From positions 1,408,001 to 1,472,000 of the forward strand of contig CP000066.1 in assembly GCA_000002445.1 (NCBI GenBank): DNA of 64,000 bases. The letters are read 5' to 3'. The translations under genes and the position numbers were made by a program. Below the pieces are notes generated by a model, which saw nothing but the letters and a program-made list of their open reading frames with translations, ran no database searches and had not been told where the DNA came from. The stretch is from Trypanosoma brucei. Lineage: Eukaryota. Positions 55,833-64,000 of the stretch are shown here, piece by piece. Within the stretch, counting starts at the first letter, position 1, and each line of letters opens with the position of its first letter.

Positions 55833-57599
55833 ATGTCCTCCGCTAATTCCATCCACTCAGAGGATGTGTCCCTTAGAGTCTCTGATGACAAATGTTCCCC
55901 CGCAGAAGCTGTGCGCGAATATATCAACGGCCTTCCCAAAGTTTTTGAAGAAGACTCGATGGCGCGAGGTGCGGACGGTGTGGTACATATCAGCGAGGAG
56001 CTGTCGCGACTTAATCGTGCAGATCTGAAACAATTTGCTTTGAGACAATTCCTTCGTTGCGAAGAATTACTTCATGAACTGCTTGATCAGGAAGTGGTAC
56101 TTGGGGAAACGGTGGATGATCTGCAATCTGTTAGAGAAATGATGGAGGAGCGTGAGGAGGAGGCTGAGGCACTGCGGGCACAACTGCAGCGTGCGGATGA
56201 ATCTAAGGAGACGCTCCTCCGTGAGAAGGCAAGTGCATTGCGTCGCCTCATGGAAACAAAGAATGAGTTAGCGAGCCTTAGCGCAACGAAAGCAAACCTG
56301 CAGCGCATGCTTGACTTGCACAACAAAAAACAAGGCGAGGAGGCACCCGCTCCACAAGGGACTCCAGCTGCCACTACCAATGCTGCTGCTGCTGCTGCTG
56401 CGGAAATGAGGAGGTGCAGTATGCCAAATGCCAACGCGCAAGCGGGGCTGCTTAACCGTAACTTCATGCGTGCCAATTCATACGCCCCCGTCATGACGTC
56501 ATTCTCCACGGCGTGCTCATTGGCGGTTCCTCAACGTGTTGGACTTAGCCGCCGTAGTAGTTGTAGCAGCAATGCCACCTCATCGACGAAACTATGGTCA
56601 GGAGGTGCTAATCCCGTGGTTGAACGCAGCAAAAGTCCAGGAGACAGTAAATGGCGGCAACTATTCTTTGAGACGCGTCGGCAGAATGAACTGCTGCAAA
56701 GCGAGCTCAGTAAAGTTCGTGCTGACCGCTGTTGCGTCGATACGGATGCTGGAAACGGGGAAGTATCGCAGACGGCACATGTTAACTCATCGTCATCGCA
56801 GTTGGCGGCTTCTTTGGCTGAGGTGGAGCGGATGCGGGAGGAACTCAACAAGGAACGGGAAAAGAACCGGACAAGGAACCGCCTGGGAGCCCAATTGCTG
56901 CGCGACGTAGCATTTCTTGCGAGAAAAGTTCGCATGTACGAACAGGCGGAGTCTGCGTCGCTCCTCCATCGGTACAAGGATCTAAGTCTAACGAAGGATC
57001 AGCTAATGCAGGAGCTGTTCGAATCCCGCAAAGCCATTGCTGTGTTAAATATGAAACTGAAGGAGTCAACAACAAGGGTGGGAAAGAAACACAACGGATC
57101 ACAGTGTGAGGCCACAAGCCAACCGGTCATAGTCGAGGGTCTCGCCAATGCCCTCGAGGAGGCACTTCGTGATAATGAAATACTTCGCGAGGAGCGGGGG
57201 TGTTTGATTTCTGAGAAGCGGTTTCGAGAGGAGTCGTATCAGGCGGAATTGAAGAGCCGTGTGGTGGAAATGGAGAAATTAACTGCCGCACTGGACGAAC
57301 TGAGAGGCCAAATGGCACAGTTGTGGAAGGGCAAACGTGGCACTAATTCCAACAGTACCGCAACTCCCGCTACGAAATTTCGCTCACCGTCGCGTAGCCT
57401 CCCACAAAATGGTGCACCAGCGGGGTTTCGCCTATCAGTAGAGGATGGTGTTGTGAAGGTAATAGACGGAAGTGGCTGTAGTCCATGCACCAGTTGTTCC
57501 ATAACGCAAAACAGCAACACCACTCCCATGAGCAATTGCAATAATGCAAAGGTAAAGCCGAAGCTGTCTCCAATGCGAAGCGCAGTGCCGGTGCTTTAA
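55833..57599 (+). CDS. Hypothetical coiled-coil protein
   Basis: The track ORF starts at TTG 55818; the first ATG is 55833 (MSSANSIHSED...). Long heptad-like stretches include 'EEREEEAEALRAQLQRADESKETLLREKASALRRLMETKNELASL' and 'LNKEREKNRTRNRLGAQLLRD'. There is a poly-Ala run encoded by (GCT)n. Confidence 0.6.
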   Translation: MSSANSIHSEDVSLRVSDDKCSPAEAVREYINGLPKVFEEDSMARGADGVVHISEELSRLNRADLKQFALRQFLRCEELLHELLDQEVVLGETVDDLQSVREMMEEREEEAEALRAQLQRADESKETLLREKASALRRLMETKNELASLSATKANLQRMLDLHNKKQGEEAPAPQGTPAATTNAAAAAAAEMRRCSMPNANAQAGLLNRNFMRANSYAPVMTSFSTACSLAVPQRVGLSRRSSCSSNATSSTKLWSGGANPVVERSKSPGDSKWRQLFFETRRQNELLQSELSKVRADRCCVDTDAGNGEVSQTAHVNSSSSQLAASLAEVERMREELNKEREKNRTRNRLGAQLLRDVAFLARKVRMYEQAESASLLHRYKDLSLTKDQLMQELFESRKAIAVLNMKLKESTTRVGKKHNGSQCEATSQPVIVEGLANALEEALRDNEILREERGCLISEKRFREESYQAELKSRVVEMEKLTAALDELRGQMAQLWKGKRGTNSNSTATPATKFRSPSRSLPQNGAPAGFRLSVEDGVVKVIDGSGCSPCTSCSITQNSNTTPMSNCNNAKVKPKLSPMRSAVPVL

Positions 57600-58961
57600 G
57601 GAGGAAGGGGGCCTACATTAGTATTGATTAGAATGAGATGAAATAACGTAGCTATATCCAGTGGGATTAACTGCTATATTATTGTTATTATTAATTTCAT
57701 TTATTTATTTATTTTTCATTTGTTTCCACATTTAGTAGACGTAGATGTAGACGACGTGAATACTTTTTGATCCGTCCATTCATTTACCTTTTTGATTGGG
57801 GTTTTCTTCTTGTTTGTGCTCACTTGTTTTTTTTTAACCCTTCCACCCTTTTCACCGTTGTTCCTTCCGTTCTTTGGTGATGGAATAACCGGAAGGGCGA
57901 TGTTTCTTCATTTTTTTTCTTCCCTCTCTCTCTATCTTCTTGTGTTGTTTTCCTTAACACACAGGTGCAGCATTTTCCCCCTTAATGCAGTGCTGCTTTC
58001 ATGCGGTTTCGATTTTCTTCTTTTTCTTTTTCTGTTTTTTTTTTTGTGTGTGTGAGGTGTGCTGGGATGAGGGATAATAACGTTTGGGGGGAGGGTGGGA
58101 GGGTTGCAGAAATTATTATAGAAGGAAAGTGAGAGTGAACAGCAAGGCAAAAGGAAAGGCAAAAGGAAAGGGAAAGGAAAGTTTTAAAGATTATAAAAGA
58201 GAGATGGGGGAAAAAGGCAGGATATATATATATATATTTTATATATATAATATAAATTTAGTTGTGTGTGCCCGTATTTACGATCTGATACGATCATACA
58301 TTATCCATTGTTTTTTTTTGTTTTTTTGTCACCTACCAGTTTTATGACATGAAAGGGAAAGAAGAAAAAATAGAGAAGATGAATGTCACAATAAATCATT
58401 TAAGTAAAGAAAATATATTATTAACGGAGGGGAGAAACAAAAGGGAGAGGAGGAAGAGGAGGACTTAAAAACTTTGTTGAGTTGCGGTGATGATCAGCGG
58501 TTTCTTTTTTTTGTTTTGTTGATGATGAGGAACACTCGTGCAAGCATAGGAGACAGGGAATTGTTTCTTTTGTTTTAACTTTTTTTTTACTTTTTGAATT
58601 TCATTTTTAGATCTTATTGTTTTAACACCCGTTCTTTTCTTTTCTTTTTTTTTTTGTGTGCTCGTTGTCGTTTCTTCTTTGATACTGTTTAACTTTTTTT
58701 TCTTTTTTGCTAGTAACTTTTGTTACTTTGAGAAGACACACACTTGAGGTCATATATATATATATATTTGTTTGTTTGTCTATTTGTCATATTTTTCCCT
58801 CATTTTTATATGTTTTAGATCAAGAAGAGAAGAGTACGCCTCATAAATCACGAAATATGAAAATAATGGTGGCGCAACATATGTTTTAATTTTGCGAAAG
58901 CCAGAGATTGTCAAATAATATAAATGTAAACAAATATATCAAATAAAACGCATATGTCAAC

Positions 58962-58963
<2 letters not shown>

Positions 58964-59013
<50 letters not shown>
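58964..59013. repeat. (TA)n-(TG)n compound microsatellite
   Basis: 'atatatatatatatatatatatatatatatatgtgtgtgtgtgtgtgtgt'. Confidence 0.9.
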
Positions 59014-60810
59014 TTGGGCAGAAATGAAATAATGTTTTCGTTTGATTTGTGATGTTGTGGTTAAAAAAAAAAAAGAAAAAAAAGAAATAAATGCAACACG
59101 GGAGTAAAGTTACATTAGACAAATATCTACACAAAACGTCTTGAGTCTTGAAGTGGGAGAATGAATAGCGAATCGAAATATTTTGTAAGAGGAGAAACCA
59201 CACGAAATGGTGTCGAAAGTGAAGTGAAACATGATTTGATATTAGCAAAAGAATTGGAGTGACGGTGCGAAGGTCATTTCATTGATGGAATTGTTTGGAC
59301 CTCGTGAGTTGAGGCACGGGAGTGCCGCAGCACTGCAATCTTCTTTTTTTTTCCTTTTTTAATTATTTCTCCTCTATTTTTTATTTTGCTTTTTTTTTAA
59401 AAAAATGTTCCGTCGATGCCTTTCGTTACTTTGTTTCTTATCTTCTTCTTAGCTTCCGCCACATGAATTCTCCATCATGGCTTTGAGTTTCAAATGTTTT
59501 TACACACATGTTTTCCAGCACTGTTGTGTTCCCCACTGATTAATCACCCGAAGACGTGTAGATGTTTCCTACTTCTTTTATATATTTATTTATTGATACA
59601 TATTCATTCATATATTTATGTTAAGACGTACATATATACAAACAAACAAGCAAACAAATAAAAAAAAGTATTTGTACATGTTTGACTCTTCGTTATTGTG
59701 CGATACATATTTTCCATGAGTGAATTGTTGGCAGTCTCACATTAACTCGGAATCAACTACGCGGGAGCGAGTTATTATGGGCATCTGCTTTTTTTTAAAA
59801 AAATCCCTCCTTGTTGTTGTTGTTGTCTTTATGAGTGTTTTGTGGTGAAGACTATTTCCCCCCTTTTATTGCTTTTGTTTCCTCATCTCCGCAACATCCC
59901 GCAACTCCTCAATTACTTCGATAAAACAAAAACAAAAAAAGAAGGAAGAAAACACTTAAGTTTTTCTTTTCTTTTTTTTATTTGTTTAATGACTTTCCCT
60001 TTTCGTTTCGCACGATCCTGTTATGCTCACGTGCTGACATCTGTGGTCGGTGCAACATAATTCTGAACCCCTTTGGTCATATGAGAAATTCCGTATCTTA
60101 GCGCAGCTGCTGTCATCTATTTTTTTGTTCCAATTTCCTTCCTTCCTTCCTTCCTTGCTTCCTCTTTTTTTTCCCTTTTTTTTTACCCTCCTCCCCCCCT
60201 TTTTCAACCTTTTTAATGAAACAAAATGAACTGCGGCTCGCAAAGGTGAATGAATTGAAATATAATGTATTGATGTGTGTTTGCTTCTTATGTTGCCGTG
60301 CACATCTTTTTTTTAAAAAAATTTGTTTGCTCATTTTGTTCCCGTTCTTACTTCTCTTTTCACCTTGGAGCACTTGTAGACGGAAAAAGCATACCTCTCT
60401 TTATTTACTCCGCGTCCTCAACTCTTCGTGGTGGAGCCGTTGTTGCGAAGAAGGAGAACCAGGAGAGGCGTTACATAGAAAACAAGGTTGCCTCGCTGTG
60501 CGAAATAAAGAAAAGAAAAAAGAAAGAAAGAAAAAGAAGAGACGCCTTTTGTGAATGCATATTGCAGCGGACGCGTCGCTGAAGGAGCCCGCGCTTTAGT
60601 GAATTTAACCTTCCCTTTTTTCTCTTTCGCTCTATTGCGCGGGAGGTGCCCAAATCACGAGTAGGGGGAGGGGCGACAGTTACGTATACGGTTTATTGCG
60701 TCTTTTCTACGCGTGTTTGGTGGAGTAGGTGGGGTATTCAACTTTTAAGATCACAGAATTGACCTGAAAAGGGACGCGAATTTTGGCTACATTTTTGAAA
60801 AGCGTGTTAA

Positions 60811-62244
60811 ATGGCTAGCGTGAATGCTCCCACAACTCTCACCAGTGAGCTCTTCCATGCGCTTCCATGCCTGCGGGAGAATCCAACCGATAGTGTGCTC
60901 ACCGCCGCACTGCTGCAATATTGTCAGGATGAAGATCTGGTATCCGCTGCAGATTTACTACTGCGGTTGATGGTGGATCAACCTCATGTGCAGCGGCGTA
61001 TGACACGTTCTGTCGAGAATACACATCGACATGTGCCGTTGCCTCAACCTGGAGATTTGCAGAACTTCACAGATAAGGTGCTAGAAGCGCTATGCGATCG
61101 ACATGTGTCACAACTATCTGAAAACTCAGGTGCTGCTGGGAGGAGTGTGAGGGCTCGCGGTAGCGGTTTTTCTTCGGTATCAGTGAGTGTGTCGGACATG
61201 CTGGCAACTGCAGCTGCATGGGGAAATGATTCCGTGAAATTGGAGGGGCTGGCACCTTTGCAGCCAACTAACCGGAAAGTTCACTTCTTCCCAACAGGCT
61301 GCTCACTGGTGGACCGCCTGCTCGCAGGAACCCCGTCAAATGCCACGGGTGGTGCTCTTGAAGGCGGGTTTTGCGCTGGACTTCTCACGGAGGTGCATGG
61401 TGAAGCAGGAAGCGGAAAGACACAACTTGTATTACAGTGCTTATTCCAATGCGTTGCTAGGCAACAGTGTGCTCTGTATGCTGTGAATCACTTACCCGAG
61501 CTGTTGATCAGCTCAGGCGATGGTGTTGGTGACAACACGTTTATTGATAGTTTGCGTGGCTTTGCAACTGAAAAGGTGGCGGCTCTTTATATTGTGTCTG
61601 AGGGCGTTCCTGCCAGCCGACTTGGGCCACTCGCAACAGGGGCGCTTCATAGAGCAAAAGCGATGGTCCTTTCCGCGGCTTCCCGTCAACCGTCTATTGA
61701 CGTGGAGCTTTTGAAGGCTCGTCTTGATGAATTCGTGACGGAACGAACTGTCGTTGCCGGTGTGGGGATTCGACCAGTTGATGGAGTTGGGGCGTTGTTA
61801 CGACTGCTATCGGATGGTACGCTGTCTAGTGCCTTCTCATCTTTAGGCAATACTGGGGTGGTGGTTGTAGATTCCATTGCAGATGTAGTGGCTGGTGGAT
61901 CTTCGGGCGAGGAGATGAACCGTTGGGAAATTTCCACTACCGTAGCATCTGTGGGGAGTTTGTTGAAGTCATTCGCAGTTAAGGAAGGGGCTGCCGTGGT
62001 AGTAACGAATCAAGTTCGCACGTCGCTATCTGTTTCCGGTGAGGGGATGATACGCCGCCACACACCAGTACCCGCGTTGGGGATGCAATGGGCCGTTGCT
62101 CCTCATGTCCGTGTAAATCTGCGGCGACCGCAAAATACGGCAAACGCATCGCGTCGGCAATTCACGATAATATGCGGCCCTGCTCACCAACCCGCATATT
62201 GCTCTTATTTGATTTGTAACGAAGGTATATGCAACGACGAATGA
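60811..62244 (+). CDS. RAD51-paralogue-like RecA-family ATPase
   Basis: ATG start, 477 aa. 'LVDRLLAGTPSNATGGALEGGFCAGLLTEVHGEAGSGKTQLVLQC' matches the RecA/Rad51 paralogue pattern (LD.LLGGG...G.ITE..G..G.GKTQL), including Walker A GEAGSGKT. 'VVVVDSIADVV' is Walker-B-like (hhhhD). It has the divergence level expected of a Rad51 paralogue and is not RAD51 or DMC1 itself. Confidence 0.65.
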   Translation: MASVNAPTTLTSELFHALPCLRENPTDSVLTAALLQYCQDEDLVSAADLLLRLMVDQPHVQRRMTRSVENTHRHVPLPQPGDLQNFTDKVLEALCDRHVSQLSENSGAAGRSVRARGSGFSSVSVSVSDMLATAAAWGNDSVKLEGLAPLQPTNRKVHFFPTGCSLVDRLLAGTPSNATGGALEGGFCAGLLTEVHGEAGSGKTQLVLQCLFQCVARQQCALYAVNHLPELLISSGDGVGDNTFIDSLRGFATEKVAALYIVSEGVPASRLGPLATGALHRAKAMVLSAASRQPSIDVELLKARLDEFVTERTVVAGVGIRPVDGVGALLRLLSDGTLSSAFSSLGNTGVVVVDSIADVVAGGSSGEEMNRWEISTTVASVGSLLKSFAVKEGAAVVVTNQVRTSLSVSGEGMIRRHTPVPALGMQWAVAPHVRVNLRRPQNTANASRRQFTIICGPAHQPAYCSYLICNEGICNDE

Positions 62245-62715
62245 ATCGTGTTGTGCTGTTCCTTCGCTTAAGGTGTGGATGAATCGTTGGTGGTAAGTTA
62301 CTGAGGCGTGTGGCTGAGCCCTATCGGTGGCGTCACTACCCGTTTTGTCGTTATTGATTTGGTTCAACTCCCTCGCACCCCACATTTCCGTCGCTCCGTG
62401 TGGAGTGCCGCGGGGTGGGGATCGGTTAAGTGATGTGCAGTGGGTTGTTAGAATTTAAGGAAATCACAGGTGTGAAAATTTGTACTTGCTTGCATTTATT
62501 TGGCTGAGGATGCGACGTGGGCGCCTGACAAATCGATTTTGGCAACGAGTGAAGGACATCTGTAGTCAGGAGGCGGAAAGCTCATAGTGATCATAAGGCT
62601 TAACTCCGCAGCAGTGCATGGAGGGAGGTTCCCTTGTCTCGCAACTTCCAGAAGAGGTTCACTTTTTTCCTGAGGATCGGTCGGAGCTGAGAAAACTTTA
62701 TGGGAAATGGGGGGT

Positions 62716-62723
62716 CTGTGTCT

Positions 62724-62763
<40 letters not shown>
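62716..62763. repeat. (TCTGTG)3-(TG)~18 microsatellite
   Basis: 'tctgtgtctgtgtctgtgtgtgtgtgtgtgtgtgtgtgtgtgtgtgtgt' lies ~180 nt upstream of the PPR-like gene ATG. Confidence 0.9.
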
Positions 62764-62765
<2 letters not shown>

Positions 62766-62946
62766 AAAAGGTTCCACACGTGGGGCAAGAGTAAGTTTGT
62801 GTGTGTTTAACCGTTCCTCTATGCCAGTGTTTCTACAAATAAATTTTCGATATCTCCTTGTTTTGTTACCTTTTCACTCTTTCTGTGTATACACGTAATA
62901 TATATATGCACATGTATTAACACGCAGTTTCTGTTTGTCAGGTCGG

Positions 62947-64000
62947 GATGCTTTCTCAGAATGTGGCCAAAACGACGGTTCCGTCGTACTACATGATTCG
63001 GACGAATCTTCCGCATCGGAAGCCGCAGAATCAGTGGGAAGGGGTGTACTACTACAGCGGCATAACGAAACGTCAGCGCCACCTCATTTTGCTGCATCGC
63101 AAACGTGAACGGGAGGCACATATGCGATCATTTAACATCTCACGGGCTTCTGTGCTGCAACGCTTGGAGCAACTCTCAGGGGACCGGAAGCAAGAGTCCC
63201 TACCACCACACGTTCGACTGGATTTGGCGGTTCGTTTGGCGCAACATGGGCTCTATCAGCAGGCGACACCTATTGTTGATGAACTGCATCACCAGAAAGC
63301 GCTCCACGCAGGTCATTACGCACTTCTCATCAACGCACTAGCGTGTCCTCGTTTGGGCCAGCGGATTCTCCACTGTGACGCACAATGTGACCCGGCACTG
63401 ACTTACAAACTACTTGGTGACGAGAACGGAGAGGAGCGAGCACAAGAGGCGTACCGTTGGTTTGATTTAGCACTTACTTCTCTTGCGGTGGATTGTGGAG
63501 GACGCACACAACCGAGCCAGTTTGTTCGTTACTTGCCGCAGGGGACAGCTGCAGCTAGCCACATTACTAATGCGCTTATGCGAACGCTTCTCACCTGTGG
63601 TTACACGCACGTGGCTGCCATCCCCGACTCGGTGTACGACAGGATGGGTTCGATGGGTATCTCACCGACAATTAGCACCTACGAACTTGTTATGCTCGCT
63701 CTTTCACTTCAGGGAAACATGGTGGAGGCAGAGAGTATTCTCTCCTTTCTTCGTAGCCACCACAGTGAACACATAACAGTTGAAAGCTTTAACGCCCTTT
63801 TGTTGGGGCACCGTGAAGCGCGACAGTTCGACTGCTGTGACGCCATTTGGCAGGAACTTGTAGATCGCCGTTGGCCTCGAGCGAGCCCGCTGACCGCTGA
63901 ACTGTACTTGCGTAGCATCATGGACCACGCCAATACCCCCACGAGTGAACCGCTTCAGAGTTTTGCCAACATTAACGTAGTGGAAAAGAAAAAAGTCCCC
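62947..64000 (+). CDS. Hypothetical helical-repeat (PPR/TPR-like) protein, 5' partial in window (no stop before window end)
   Basis: An ATG at 62947 opens a frame that stays open to the end of the window (>350 codons). The track does not list it because no stop is reached. Segments such as 'TYELVMLALSLQGNMVEAESILSFLRSH' and 'SFNALLLGHREARQFDCCDAIWQELVDRRW' resemble degenerate ~35-aa pentatricopeptide repeats. Confidence 0.4.

Noticed and set aside
1-64000. Prokaryotic-type features (CRISPR arrays, operons, insertion sequences, rho-independent terminators).
   Set aside because: The sequence is clearly eukaryotic (kinetoplastid). The only repeats are microsatellites, and there are no direct-repeat/spacer arrays, inverted-repeat-flanked transposase ORFs or retroelement (ingi/SLACS-like) reverse-transcriptase ORFs.

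Overview
All 64 kb is consistent with a eukaryotic, kinetoplastid (Trypanosoma-type) chromosome-core segment. Every convincing protein-coding ORF lies on the + strand, so the window sits inside a single directional polycistronic unit. The genes are separated by T/pyrimidine-rich intergenic tracts that end in AG dinucleotides (trans-splice acceptors) and by many microsatellites ((TG)n, (TA)n, (AC)n, (GGT)n and others). I found no bacterial features, CRISPR, tRNA or rRNA genes.

The six-frame track initiates several ORFs at TTG or GTG, so I trimmed those to the first in-frame ATG that follows the upstream polypyrimidine/AG signal.

Products I can recognise from the translations:
- a very large protein with tandem cNMP-binding-like domains
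- Ku70
- ribosomal protein L4
- two ankyrin-repeat proteins
- a tryparedoxin with a C-terminal membrane anchor
- an XPB/ERCC3-family helicase paralogue with a Cys-rich C-terminal extension
- a tandem array of three ERI-1/3'hExo-family DEDDh exonuclease paralogues with very different extensions
- ADF/cofilin
- a RAD51-paralogue-like ATPase
- a partial helical-repeat (PPR-like) gene at the right edge

About ten further long ORFs are hypothetical proteins. From memory, the gene order Ku70, RPL4, XPB paralogue, ADF/cofilin matches a region of T. brucei-clade chromosome 3; I could not verify this here.

The exonuclease triplet, the tail-anchored redox and nuclease proteins, the cNMP-domain giant protein and the three DNA-repair genes in one unit are the items most worth follow-up.
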